64,000 nt of DNA. It comes from Ostrea edulis. Lineage: Eukaryota. Positions 39,900-51,412 of the stretch are shown piece after piece (position 1 is the first letter of the stretch; each line of letters begins with the position of its first letter). Where the stretch lies: assembly GCF_947568905.1 (NCBI RefSeq), contig NC_079166.1:46314001-46378000 (forward strand). Reading direction: 5' to 3'. Position numbers and translations under genes: made by a program. The notes beneath the pieces are model-generated. The model worked only from the letters and a program-made list of their open reading frames with translations. It had not been told where the DNA came from and searched no databases.

Positions 39900-40320
39900 G
39901 AAATAAGAAACTTGGATGTGAATTGATCATTCATGCTAATTTTTTAAGTCCAAGGGTCATAACTTAATGAAAAATCAACGAACCGAGACGAAATTCAAAC
40001 TTAATCTCTCTCTTGTTATGGCAAAGCAATGTACCAAATATCAAATGAATATCTGCAAGCTCAACAAAAAAAGTCTGGAAAACTGATAATTCGTGCTAAT
40101 TTTTTTTTCAAGTCCAAGGGCCATACCTAAGTGAAAAATCAACGGACCGAGACGAAATTCGAACTTGATCTGTAACTTTTTATGACAAAGCAATATACCA
40201 AATATCAAATAAACATCTGCAAGAACAGAGAAATAAAGTGCGGAAAACTAAACTGACGGACAGACGGACGGAGTGCAAACCTAAAGTCCCCTTCGACTTC
40301 GTCGGTAGGGGACTAAAAAT
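39900..40320 (+). mobile_element. Helentron-associated non-autonomous element (HINE/pearl-like), 3' part
   Basis: Two ~164-bp tandem units (aagtccaagggtcataac at 39946 and a variant at 40110), a short GACG/GACA microsatellite, and a terminal hairpin agtcccct...aggggact (40285-40314) followed by an A run. Confidence 0.72.
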
Positions 40321-40600
40321 TCTCGACGAGACATAAAAGAAAGAAAGAAACAACCAAATAACTTCCAGTGGGTTTTCTTTATGATGTACTACCAGCACCA
40401 GCTCCGAGGAAATCTAGTGTTAAGCTTGTGACACAGAAAATTGTGAAGAAGCCATGGAAAATCTGGGGAGAATAAATCTGAAGATGATTCTTCATAAGGT
40501 TAATTTTCATGATCTCCGGGGTAGAGGTTCTGACCCTAGGGCGGGGCTAAACTCGGCTCGTAAACAAAGTCGCTGCACTGTATACAAATTCTTGTGAATG

Positions 40601-41370
40601 TGTGGTAGTTGTACTTAGTTTAGTTTTATATTTTTATATTGCCATTCACATTCATTCACTTCAATACATATTGCGCTGCGCTACTTACTAACTTTGTGTT
40701 GTGTGTTAAAGAAACCTAAACACCCTTTTAAATATAATGGTTTAATCCGTAAGGATCCAGTTAGAACATAACTCGGATTAGTGCATGTATCTCTTAGGTG
40801 TCATACTTGTTCTGTCATCTGATTGGTCTTAGTATTTTGTTCTAGCCAATAGGAATTCCTGGCGGGAATTCCTGAGTTCTTTTTATGAAATAGTTCAGGA
40901 AAATCTAGTTTTGAAAGAGATTCCAAAGGGTGTTGCCACTATTGAGTTCTAAATAAGCATAAAATATATATTTAATTTATAGAGGATTTGCTAACACCAA
41001 CAATTGTCATCATAAGAGTTTTAAGCAGTTCACCTTGATTTCGGAAGCTGTAGCTCAGTTCCATAAACTGATATGTACATGTACATATGCAATTCACTGC
41101 AGTACATTATATTCATTTTTTTAATATCAATTACTTATAATTGATGGTTCAGAGAGTTATGTCCTTTGACGATAAAATGATGACCAATATATATATATTT
41201 GTATCGTTGCATATATCATATGTTCGATAGTGTCTTTTGTCTTTGTATTGTATTTGTCCTTATATGTTTTTATTGTTGTTATAGGGTTTGTTTTCATTGT
41301 TTCCAAAAAGTAAACGAATCTACGACCTTAACCATCTTGTGGATTATTCTTATACTCAAGACCGGTTACA
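40601..41370 (+). repeat. 5' LTR
   Basis: tgtggtag...ggttaca; I see only two differences from the 3' LTR (40755/48521 and 41071/48837, both A vs G). Confidence 0.97.
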
Positions 41371-41374
41371 AATT

Positions 41375-41388
41375 TGGCGCCCAACGTG
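41375..41388 (+). other. Primer-binding site, tRNA-Lys(CUU) type
   Basis: TGGCGCCCAACGTG, 4 nt after the LTR, matches the first 14 nt of the known tRNA-Lys1,2 PBS. Confidence 0.85.
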
Positions 41389-42974
41389 TTTTCTACCTGG
41401 AGTCGGCTAATTGGTGGCTTTACCGCGCGCTCCATTTCGTGCACGATGTGAACAAAAATCAGTTGATGACTTTGCGCTTCGTTGGAAACATACCGGAAGT
41501 CGCATTCTAACTGTGGACCATGACGTAAACATTCTTCTCGGACTTCAGTGTTGTGTTATATGTTGTGTTTTGTGATACCTTTTGACCTTATATGTGTCAT
41601 TCATGTCTTTATGTGTTTCTGTGGATATGATTCATTGACAAGACTGGTAAGCTCATACTTTTGTTATCTCACGAATATATTGCATTGTGTGTAAATTTAG
41701 ATTGGCACAATTTTTTGTCACGTGACTCAGATATCAGCTGTTTAGTAGGTCATTTCATTTTTTCAGTCATTTAATTTTTTCCTATTTATTTTGTGTTCAT
41801 CTTTTGTTTACTCATATTTGTATTGTGCTTAAACCTATATGAAATGTGCGAGATTGGTGTTGAGAGAGTATAATACGCAGTTTAACGTTTAAAACTATAT
41901 CCGTAAATATCCGGAAGCTTATTTTCAGGTTAAACTACATCTAAAAATATTTGACCTTGAACTCTAGTAATAACATCCGGTAAAAACAAAACCACGTTGT
42001 TGAAGTTTGCTGGTGATAATCAGGTGGTTGTTTTCTTTCAGCTTGTGGTACGATAGGATTTAGTTTGTCTGTTGTTGATAGTTTGGTTAATTTCAGTGCA
42101 TAAAGCCCAGGTAATAATTATTCTAACTATATAGACAGATACAAGTCAATTTTTGATGTCCCATGACATTTTGTGTGTTTGTTTTGTACTAATATTGCGC
42201 TTACTGACAGCGACACTGCACACATCATCATCATTTAGGTAAGTGATTCAGTATAAGCTAGATTGTAGTGATCTTTGTTTATTTGGGAATTTTTTTTATA
42301 GATTTGCCCATATCATTAGACTGAGTGTTGATATATATCTATAACTATATTGGTATATATTGAACATATATTATCCCAAGAGTCAACATTTGGTACAAGT
42401 GTACTAAGTTATCTTGTCTTTAATTAGGCTAGGGTCCTTGAGTAGTATCTGACAACAATTTGTCTGTCTTCGTCATTCATTCCTGTGTTATTTAACCAGT
42501 GTATATATATATTGAAATCACAATTCAAGTTTGGTATTAACTCAGTACAGTTAAGACTTTGAAAAAAAAAAAAAAAAAAAAAAATTCTGGAGTTTTGACC
42601 AATTGGTCATCGCGTCGGTTTCTTATTATTTGAATCGCGTCGGTTTCTTATTTTATAGTTCAATTCGTGTCAGTTTCTTGATTTTGATAGAACAGTAGAT
42701 TAAGTTATTTCAAATTAGTTAGTAGTAATTAGTACTTTATTTAGTTGATTAGTTAATTAGTAATTAGTTAGTAATTGTAGTTTGTAATCAGTTTATTTTC
42801 AGGTTTAATGTTTTGAATTTCAGGATTTAGTAGATATTTAAGTTATATATTAAGTTTACTTAGCTTTCAGGTAGTTTAAAAATATTTAAGGTATTTAGAA
42901 TTATACATAGATTACTGGTATTAGTTCAGGATTAGAATTAGAACGTTGATTAGGGTTGAAAATAAACAACTAGC

Positions 42975-44108
42975 ATGGATAAGGCAGGTAGAGAGAAAAC
43001 AATAGAGGAATCTGATTTAACTGAGACAGAACTTAAGGAGTTAAATGAGGCATTTAAAGCATTAGGTGTAAAACCAAAGACAAAGTCTGCTGCAGAACTT
43101 AGACAATGGATGGTTAGCTATGCTAAATGGACCACACCTGAATATCGACGATCAGAAGAAACATTTAAGCGAGAGTCTGCATCAAGTGAACCTCTGGGTG
43201 CTACAAGTAGTCCCCATGTGACAAAACACATTACTCCACTTCATGCACCTAAATTACCAGTTTTCTCAGGAGATAAGAAAGGAGATACCTCTTATGACTT
43301 GTGGCGCTATGAAGTCAAATGTTTAATGAAGGACGATGTTAGTGCTGCAACAATTCTACAAAGTATTAGGAGATCATTGCGTTCGGGAGCATCAAGGGTT
43401 CTTATGCGCCTTGGTACAGATGCATCAATTGAGGAAATCCTTCACAAATTTGACAGCGTATATGGCATAGTAGATGATAATGAGAACTTGTTATCACAAT
43501 TCTATAGTGCATCACAGAAGGAAAATGAGGATGTATCTGAATGGAGTTGTAGACTAGAGGATCTGCTAGACAAAGTCATTCAGAGAGGAGAGATAACTCC
43601 TACAAATACAGATCAGATGCTGAGAAACATGTTTTGGAATGGCCTGTCGGAGAAGTTAAAAGATATTACAGGTCACATCTTTAAAGAGTGTGGAGATTTT
43701 GACCAACTTAGGCTAGCAATAAGGAAAGTAGAGCAGGACAAGTTGAGAAAGAAAGGCATTGTTAAGAAAGCAACAATAAACCAGGCGATGCCAAGTAATA
43801 CACAGATAGACGAGTTGAAGGCTATGATACAGAGCATGAGCACTAAGATGAATGAGATGAGAGAGGAAATTAATGAAGTACGCACTAGATATCAAGGAGA
43901 GAGACATAATTCAGATCAAGGGAATTATAGTCGAGGCAAAGATAAACAGCAAGGAAAAGACATAACATGCTTCAAATGTGGTCAGAAAGGACACGTGGCA
44001 GTAGGATGTAGAGTTCGACTTGACCACAAGAAAGATTTAAACTCCAAAGGGCCTACATCGAGACGCGGACGTCAGGCTACAAGACAGAACAGCGTCAACC
44101 AGGACTAA
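42975..44108 (+). CDS. gag: Gypsy Gag (PNMA-like capsid plus CCHC knuckle), 377 aa
   Basis: PKLPVFSG...SYDLWRYEV capsid-like region and CFKCGQKGHVAVGC knuckle. Confidence 0.93.
   Translation: MDKAGREKTIEESDLTETELKELNEAFKALGVKPKTKSAAELRQWMVSYAKWTTPEYRRSEETFKRESASSEPLGATSSPHVTKHITPLHAPKLPVFSGDKKGDTSYDLWRYEVKCLMKDDVSAATILQSIRRSLRSGASRVLMRLGTDASIEEILHKFDSVYGIVDDNENLLSQFYSASQKENEDVSEWSCRLEDLLDKVIQRGEITPTNTDQMLRNMFWNGLSEKLKDITGHIFKECGDFDQLRLAIRKVEQDKLRKKGIVKKATINQAMPSNTQIDELKAMIQSMSTKMNEMREEINEVRTRYQGERHNSDQGNYSRGKDKQQGKDITCFKCGQKGHVAVGCRVRLDHKKDLNSKGPTSRRGRQATRQNSVNQD
44036..44042 (+). other. Probable -1 ribosomal frameshift slippery site T TTA AAC
   Basis: The heptamer is in the gag frame, and the -1 frame stays open from here into pol (…QPGLIGDPMEVSV). 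Confidence 0.75.
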
Positions 44109-44119
44109 TAGGAGATCCT

Positions 44120-47100
44120 ATGGAAGTGAGTGTGCAGATAAATGGAATTCCGGCCACTGCATTATTAGACACTGGGTCAACTGTGTCAACTATTTGCCAG
44201 TCATTTTACCAACAGCATTTTTCAGACATAGAAATCCAGGATATTAAGGAAGTTTTTCAACTTCAATGTGCTGATGGTAGTACTCTACCTTACAAGGGAG
44301 CAGTAGAGCTGGAAGTATTATCTGAGGGTCTCGGAGATAACACAGAACATGCATGTTTATTTCTGCTGGTGGATGATACTAGTTATCACAGCAAGGTCCC
44401 CATACTTTTAGGAACAAATGTCCTTAAGACTGTGATGGAGAAAACCAGAAACGACCATGGAGACAGATTTCTGCAGACTGCACACCTGCATGAACCATGG
44501 TTTTGGACATTTAGATGCATCTCACTGCGAGAAAGGGAATTGCAGAGGAATAATTACAGATTAAGTGTAATTAAATCAGCAGAAAGGAAACCAGTCATCA
44601 TACCACCTAACAGTGAAATAACAGTTAATGGTTATGCAGATAAGATGGTTCCATATGTTCAGACCTTAGCGCTGATACAGGATACCAAGAAATCAGTCAT
44701 TCCTAAGGATTTGGATGTGATATCTAATCTCGTTGATTACCAGTATGGATCCAGGGAACCACTGATGGTTACGATTAGCAATGTCACAACACGGACTGTC
44801 AAGATTGCACCGAAGGCAGTGATAGCTGAACTGCAGCCTGTGACATTGGAGGAAATACCCATATTGCCCAGTAGCCAGGATACTGCAGAACCAACTGTTT
44901 TTAATATACCTGAGGACAGTTTGACCAATGAGGAATTTGCTAAGGCAAATGAGATGATCTCCAAGAATGGTGATATCTTTGCATGGGGAGATGTAGACAT
45001 TGGTCATGTAACAACTGTGAAGCACAGGATTGAGTTGGTGGATCCTACACCTTTTAAGCAGCGATGTAGACGTATTCCCCCATCAATGTTCCAGGAAGTT
45101 AGAAATCACCTACAACAATTAGTGGAGGCAGGAGTGATTAGGAGGTCCAAATCGCCATTCTCCAGCAATGTAGTCCTTGTAAGGAAGAAGAATGGAGACC
45201 TGAGAATGTGTGTGGACTACAGGCAGCTGAACAACAAGACGAAAAAAGATGCCTATGCCTTGCCCCGTATTGAGGAGATCTTGGACAATTTATCAGGGAA
45301 TCGCTACTTCACTGTACTTGATGCAAAATCAGGATACCACCAAATTGAAATAGATGAGGAACACAAGGAAAGGACAGCTTTTACTGTGGGTCCTCTAGGA
45401 TTTTTTGAATACAACCGGATGCCCTTTGGATTATCAAACAGCCCAGCTACATACCAACGACTGATGGAGGACTGTCTTGGAGAACTGCACCTCAACATCT
45501 GTTTTATTTTTTTAGATGATATTATTGTTTTCTCTAGAACTTTCGAGGAACATCTCCAACGACTGCAGCAAGTGTTTGATAGACTGAGGGCAACTGGATT
45601 AAAACTTTCGCCAAAGAAATGCACATTTTTCCAGAGACGTGTGAAATATGTAGGACACATTGTATCAGACCAGGGCATCGAGACAGATCCAGATAAAACC
45701 AGCAAAGTTCTTAACTGGCCAACCCCTACAACACCTGAAGAGGTCCGGAAATTTTTAGGATTTGCTGGTTATTACCGGAGATTTATCGCCAACTTCAGCA
45801 AGATTGCGAGACCCTTATCACAAGTCATGCCTATACCTACAGATAGCAAGAAGTCAGCCAAGAAGAAAAATTCTAAGACATGGCAGTGGGGGCAAGAGGA
45901 GGAGGAGTCATTCAGAAAGCTGAAGGAAGCATTAGCATCACCTCCGGTACTAGGATATGCCAACTACAATCTTCCCTTCGAGTTACATACAGATGCCAGT
46001 CTGAATGGATTAGGCGCTGTATTGTACCAAGAGGAAGATGGACAGAAGAAAGTGATCAGTTATGCCAGCAGAGGATTAACAAAAGCTGAAAGGAACTATC
46101 CAGCACACAAATTGGAATTTCTGGCACTAAAGTGGGCAGTCTGCGATAAATTTAAAGATTACCTTACAGGCAGCAAGACCAAGGTTTTGACTGATAACAA
46201 CCCACTTACTTATGTCCTCACGACAGCAAAACTTGATTCCACAGGACATAGGTGGTTAGCTGCACTTGCCAGTTACGATCTAGACATCCAGTATCGTCCA
46301 GGAAAGAACAACTCGGATGCAGATGGACTTTCCAGACTAACAGGACAGACAACCCAAGATTCCTGTACATGTATTTCTAATGAATCTATTAAAGCTTTAT
46401 GTAACTGTGTACAATTAGAAATTCCATGTGTAGAAAATTTGTGTGTTGATTCAGAAATTGTTAATCAGTTAACTGATCAAGTTTCTCAGTTCCAACAGGT
46501 AAACTGGAAGGAAGTCCAAGGAAGGGATCCAACACTCAGGAACTGGATGCATCATGTGAAACTGGGAAAGAAACCCAAGATGAGTGATCTACCACTATCC
46601 CCCAACTCCCTAGCACTCATCAGGAATTACCACTCTCTGTTCTTGAGCAATGGAATACTCCAGCGACAAGTCCAGATAGATGGCACTGACCGGACACAGG
46701 TGGTTGTTCCTGGAGATATGGTCCCAGACATCTTGTGTAGTTTACATAACAACTTTGGACATCCAGGCCGTGATCGTCTGATATCCTTGGTAAAATATAG
46801 ATTTTACTGGAATGGGATGAATAACGACATCGAGAACTGGATTAAGAAGTGCCACAGATGTCTGAGGAGGAAAGTCCCCACCAATCAGAGAGCACCACTC
46901 ATGCCAATAAGGACAACCTATCCATTGGAATTGGTTTGTATGGACTTCTTAACCCTAGAACCATCTAAAGGAGGATACCACCATATCTTAATCATCACAG
47001 ACCATTTTACTAGGTTTGCACAGGCAATTCCTACCAAGAACCAGACGGCGAAGACAACAGCCGAAACGTTTTACAACAGCTTCATGACCAAATATGGGTT

Positions 47101-48283
47101 TCCAACTAGAATACACAGTGACCAGGGAGCCAACTTTGATGGGAACATCATCAAGGAGCTGTGTAACATCACTGGTATGAAGAAGTCCCGAACAACCCCT
47201 TACCATCCTATGGGTAATGGCATGTGTGAGCGTTTTAATAGGACATTGATGGATATGCTCGGAACCTTGAATCCCTCACAGAAGTCCAACTGGAAGGCCC
47301 ATGTACCATCATTAGTTCATGCCTACAACAGTACCCGACATGAGAGCACAGGACAGTCTCCATATTTCCTCATGTTTGGAAGAGAGCCCAGGCTTCCTGT
47401 GGACTTGGCCTTTGGACTTGGAGACAAAGAAGAGAAAACAAGGACAAAGTATGTGGAGGATCTGAGATCCAGAATGAAGACAGCATACCACCTTGCTCGG
47501 AGAGCTGCTGAGAGAGCAAGAGAAAAACAGGGCAGATTCTACGACCTGAAAGTAAGGGGAGCAGATTTGCAGGAAGGAGATCGAGTCTTGGTGAAAGTAG
47601 TAGCATTTGAGGGAAAGCACAAAATAGCAGATAGGTGGGAGGAAGATCCCTATCAGATTGTGCGGCAACCTAATCCAGATGTCCCAGTGTTTGTCGTCAA
47701 ACGGGAGGATGGAACAGGCAGAACACGAATTCTCCATCGGAATTTACTTCTGCCGATAGGTTGCATAGATCCCGAAATGCTAACTACTCCCTTGCGACCA
47801 GTTCCTAAGCCCAGAAGAAAGACACAACCAGAGAAGAAACAAACCACAGACAAGATAGTAGATCGGAGTGATGAATCGGATTCTAGCGATTCTGATGAAG
47901 ATTGTTTGTTTGTAGAGGTACCGGTACTTAACCCGACAGTGACACCCCCTATAGATGACCCACCCATCATCAATGAGGAGGAAGTGCCACTTGATGTACC
48001 ACAGCAACGACCAGAGAGGGAAGCCATGGATACCCTTTCACCCCGAGCTCCAGAGGGTGATGGTCAGATGCCTGTGGAGGAGGAAGTGAAATATTTACCT
48101 CGACGATCTGCTAGGACCAAACAGCCACCAAAGAAGCTTGCTGACTACCATGTATATCAGGTTACCCATGACAGGAGAAGCAAGGATTTAGAGACATTCA
48201 GGGAAATGCTAGAGGTCACACATCGACCTGAAGAGAGAACTCTTTTATTGAAATGCTTTTCAGATTATGTAAATAAAATTTAA
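44120..48283 (+). CDS. pol: Gypsy Pol polyprotein (protease, RT, RNase H, integrase); true start probably via the frameshift near 44040
   Basis: LLDTGS protease, RMPFGL and FLDD RT motifs, TDAS/DNNPL RNase H, H-H-C-C plus DDE integrase; no stops over 1387 aa. Confidence 0.97.
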   Translation: MEVSVQINGIPATALLDTGSTVSTICQSFYQQHFSDIEIQDIKEVFQLQCADGSTLPYKGAVELEVLSEGLGDNTEHACLFLLVDDTSYHSKVPILLGTNVLKTVMEKTRNDHGDRFLQTAHLHEPWFWTFRCISLRERELQRNNYRLSVIKSAERKPVIIPPNSEITVNGYADKMVPYVQTLALIQDTKKSVIPKDLDVISNLVDYQYGSREPLMVTISNVTTRTVKIAPKAVIAELQPVTLEEIPILPSSQDTAEPTVFNIPEDSLTNEEFAKANEMISKNGDIFAWGDVDIGHVTTVKHRIELVDPTPFKQRCRRIPPSMFQEVRNHLQQLVEAGVIRRSKSPFSSNVVLVRKKNGDLRMCVDYRQLNNKTKKDAYALPRIEEILDNLSGNRYFTVLDAKSGYHQIEIDEEHKERTAFTVGPLGFFEYNRMPFGLSNSPATYQRLMEDCLGELHLNICFIFLDDIIVFSRTFEEHLQRLQQVFDRLRATGLKLSPKKCTFFQRRVKYVGHIVSDQGIETDPDKTSKVLNWPTPTTPEEVRKFLGFAGYYRRFIANFSKIARPLSQVMPIPTDSKKSAKKKNSKTWQWGQEEEESFRKLKEALASPPVLGYANYNLPFELHTDASLNGLGAVLYQEEDGQKKVISYASRGLTKAERNYPAHKLEFLALKWAVCDKFKDYLTGSKTKVLTDNNPLTYVLTTAKLDSTGHRWLAALASYDLDIQYRPGKNNSDADGLSRLTGQTTQDSCTCISNESIKALCNCVQLEIPCVENLCVDSEIVNQLTDQVSQFQQVNWKEVQGRDPTLRNWMHHVKLGKKPKMSDLPLSPNSLALIRNYHSLFLSNGILQRQVQIDGTDRTQVVVPGDMVPDILCSLHNNFGHPGRDRLISLVKYRFYWNGMNNDIENWIKKCHRCLRRKVPTNQRAPLMPIRTTYPLELVCMDFLTLEPSKGGYHHILIITDHFTRFAQAIPTKNQTAKTTAETFYNSFMTKYGFPTRIHSDQGANFDGNIIKELCNITGMKKSRTTPYHPMGNGMCERFNRTLMDMLGTLNPSQKSNWKAHVPSLVHAYNSTRHESTGQSPYFLMFGREPRLPVDLAFGLGDKEEKTRTKYVEDLRSRMKTAYHLARRAAERAREKQGRFYDLKVRGADLQEGDRVLVKVVAFEGKHKIADRWEEDPYQIVRQPNPDVPVFVVKREDGTGRTRILHRNLLLPIGCIDPEMLTTPLRPVPKPRRKTQPEKKQTTDKIVDRSDESDSSDSDEDCLFVEVPVLNPTVTPPIDDPPIINEEEVPLDVPQQRPEREAMDTLSPRAPEGDGQMPVEEEVKYLPRRSARTKQPPKKLADYHVYQVTHDRRSKDLETFREMLEVTHRPEERTLLLKCFSDYVNKI

Positions 48284-48356
48284 GTCAACTATTTTTTATG
48301 GAGTATTATCTTTCCTAACTATTTGTAGCAAATGACGAGGCCGTCATTTCTCAACT

Positions 48357-48364
48357 GGGGGGAG
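48357..48364 (+). other. Polypurine tract
   Basis: GGGGGGAG, 2 nt before the 3' LTR. Confidence 0.8.
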
Positions 48365-48366
48365 TT

Positions 48367-49136
48367 TGTGGTAGTTGTACTTAGTTTAGTTTTATATTTT
48401 TATATTGCCATTCACATTCATTCACTTCAATACATATTGCGCTGCGCTACTTACTAACTTTGTGTTGTGTGTTAAAGAAACCTAAACACCCTTTTAAATA
48501 TAATGGTTTAATCCGTAAGGGTCCAGTTAGAACATAACTCGGATTAGTGCATGTATCTCTTAGGTGTCATACTTGTTCTGTCATCTGATTGGTCTTAGTA
48601 TTTTGTTCTAGCCAATAGGAATTCCTGGCGGGAATTCCTGAGTTCTTTTTATGAAATAGTTCAGGAAAATCTAGTTTTGAAAGAGATTCCAAAGGGTGTT
48701 GCCACTATTGAGTTCTAAATAAGCATAAAATATATATTTAATTTATAGAGGATTTGCTAACACCAACAATTGTCATCATAAGAGTTTTAAGCAGTTCACC
48801 TTGATTTCGGAAGCTGTAGCTCAGTTCCATAAACTGGTATGTACATGTACATATGCAATTCACTGCAGTACATTATATTCATTTTTTTAATATCAATTAC
48901 TTATAATTGATGGTTCAGAGAGTTATGTCCTTTGACGATAAAATGATGACCAATATATATATATTTGTATCGTTGCATATATCATATGTTCGATAGTGTC
49001 TTTTGTCTTTGTATTGTATTTGTCCTTATATGTTTTTATTGTTGTTATAGGGTTTGTTTTCATTGTTTCCAAAAAGTAAACGAATCTACGACCTTAACCA
49101 TCTTGTGGATTATTCTTATACTCAAGACCGGTTACA
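48367..49136 (+). repeat. 3' LTR
   Basis: 770-bp direct repeat of 40601-41370. Confidence 0.97.
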
Positions 49137-49595
49137 AATTCATGCTTTGTTGAGATCATGCATTGTCTCTACAATGATTTCTCGTGACGTTAAATGCGAT
49201 TGTACACATGAACTGTGATGTTCCAACGCGAGGAAGCCGAACCAAGAAGGACGGGTTCTTCGAATAATGTACAGATTGCAGATTGATTAATAGATTGAGT
49301 TAAATGATGCTAAATGAACGATCGGGCTAGGTGTAGGAACTACATCGTTGAACCTAGTCGAATCCCATACAATATAGCGTAATAAAGAATTATCGCAATT
49401 CACCTTTGAATTAGAACGCTTTGGCCGATATAGTATTGCGTTGTGTGACGACACAATTGAATCTGTTTGTAATACAATTGCGAAATGCAACAGAAACTCT
49501 CATTGGTCCATATGTATAAGTCCGCCCAAATTCCCTTATACGGGAGAAACATGACGGCCAAATGGAAACAAACTTCAAAGGAAGAAAGAGAAAAA

Positions 49596-50297
49596 GTTGT
49601 ATTTTCTTGTGTTGTTGTCTCATAAATTTAATATAAAAAAAATTCCTAAAATATTTTCCTACTACACTTGTGTCCAAACATACCTCCTTCAAATATTTAT
49701 TAAAGCCTCATACGACCCCAAAACTCACAGTTTTTGATGATTTCCATACTCGCACAATAGCGTCTAGATGTGAACTAATACCCCCCAGATATTTTAGCTA
49801 AATATTTTAAATTATATATCATCCCAGTTCCATCAAATGATAATTATTTAAATAGCTAAACTCACGACAATGCGGCTTTCATTAGTCTGGGCCAGTCTCC
49901 ATCTCTGCCACACGAGTGTTAAGGACCATAATGGGCTTATATAGCATTTTCGTTAATCAAGAGCTTATTTTACCTTTACAAAAACTATATTCTTTAATTT
50001 CTATTAATTATTCGTGTTGATAATAAATGAAGAGCGAATACATAACTTACAACCAATTTTATGAATAGATACCAATAGCAATAAAGTTCGAATTGACGGC
50101 TACCTAACATGGCTACGTCTATTCTCTTTAGAGAATAGGCTACGTCAACAAACGAAATTATTTGAAGCTGCGAGTTTTCAGGTCGTGTGTGGCTTTAATG
50201 AATAGTTGAAAGTATATTTGGACACAAGTCTAGTAGGAAAATATGTTAAGATTTTTTTTTATATTGAATTTATGAGACAGCAACACAAGAATACACC
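49596..50297. repeat. Pair of ~90-bp inverted repeats (49596-49692 and 50206-50297), probable DNA-transposon end sequences
   Basis: gttgtattttcttgtgttgttgtctcataaatt...gtgtccaaacatacctccttcaa versus ttgaaagtatatttggacacaag...gagacagcaacacaagaatacacc. Confidence 0.65.
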
Positions 50298-51130
50298 GAT
50301 ACCAGGCCTCAACGTGCGCAGCTTTTTGTGCCCCGTAAACCGAAGGTTTTTATAAGAGGTGGATCTGTAGCTCTCTGTTCCGTCACAATATTTTTTCAGA
50401 GTTCCAGTCCGTCCATCTTATCCGCTCGAGAAAGTGGGCGGGCTGTATTCGACCAATGAAAACTCTTATTGTATTACATCAAACATGTCATTCAAACTGT
50501 TCAATCGTCTCATTCAATTGTGTCGTCACACAACGCAATAGTATATAGGGTCAAGCGTTCTAATTCAAAGGTGAATAATCCCTCGGCCTTAGCGGAGTCA
50601 CAGTTTATATGTATATGATTTCATTGTAGCTTGTTATATTAATTCTTCAAGTTTTAAGATTTTTTTTAATATCTCAAAGTAGTGCTCCAAGCGAGAGAAG
50701 GGATGTCATAAGTTTCAGGGAACAATACAGTATATAGTAGACTTACGACCAACTTTAAATAATGTACATCCGGAATATTCATGTATATCATCAGGTCCAA
50801 GCTCCGTATATTCCGTTACGCTACATGTACAACTCCAATATCATTATTCGTAGGGGAAAGTAGTCCCGGAGAACTGACACTGCACGGAGTTTGTTATCAG
50901 GTCATGCATTCCGATGCAAGTTACATGTAGTAAAAAAATAACAATTCTTGAAAATCAAGGCTCAGCAAACTTTTAATTCAATCATTTACGGTAAACTAAG
51001 AACTGTGCAATACAATCTAAGACTTGCCACTTTCCCATAAGTTGTTTTGTAAAACGAGACCTTGGGCCGTTGCAGTGAGGGTCGTTTAACGTGCCAACGC
51101 CAGCCGCGATAATGGGGCCTCCGTTTTAAA

Positions 51131-51371
51131 GGTTGGTTGATTGTATATTGTTTGACGTCCCTCTAGAGATTTTTTTCAGTAACATGGAGTCGTCACCACT
51201 GTCGGTGAAGGGCTGCAAAATTTAGACCTAAGTTCGGCGCTTATGGCGGCCTTTGAGCAGGGAGGATCTAAAAGTTATCGTGCCACACCTGCTCGGTTTT
51301 TGCGGTTTCATCTGAAGGGCCGCCCAAATTAGTCGCCTCTTACGACAAGTAAGGGGTACTGAGGACCTATT
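51131..51371 (-). mobile_element. SINE copy
   Basis: Reverse complement of the family at 52676-52944, with a ggttggttgattg tail. Confidence 0.85.
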
Positions 51372-51412
51372 TTTCTTTTTTTTTTTCTTTTTAAAGTAAA
51401 CGGTAATCTTTA

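Larger units (their letters stand above)
40601..49136 (+). mobile_element. Full-length Ty3/Gypsy LTR retrotransposon
   Basis: Two 770-bp TG...CA LTRs, PBS, PPT, and uninterrupted gag and pol with PR-RT-RH-IN order. Possible 4-bp TSD AATG/AATT with one mismatch. Confidence 0.98.

Noticed and set aside
41199-41510. Identical ORFs at 41199 and 48965
   Set aside because: They are simply the two LTR copies, with no coding signature.
43673-48027. Minus-strand ORFs within gag/pol
   Set aside because: Antisense shadows of long sense ORFs, with no motifs.
48000-48366. env gene or chromodomain in the Gypsy element
   Set aside because: Only about 80 bp separate the pol stop from the LTR, and the integrase tail lacks chromodomain motifs.
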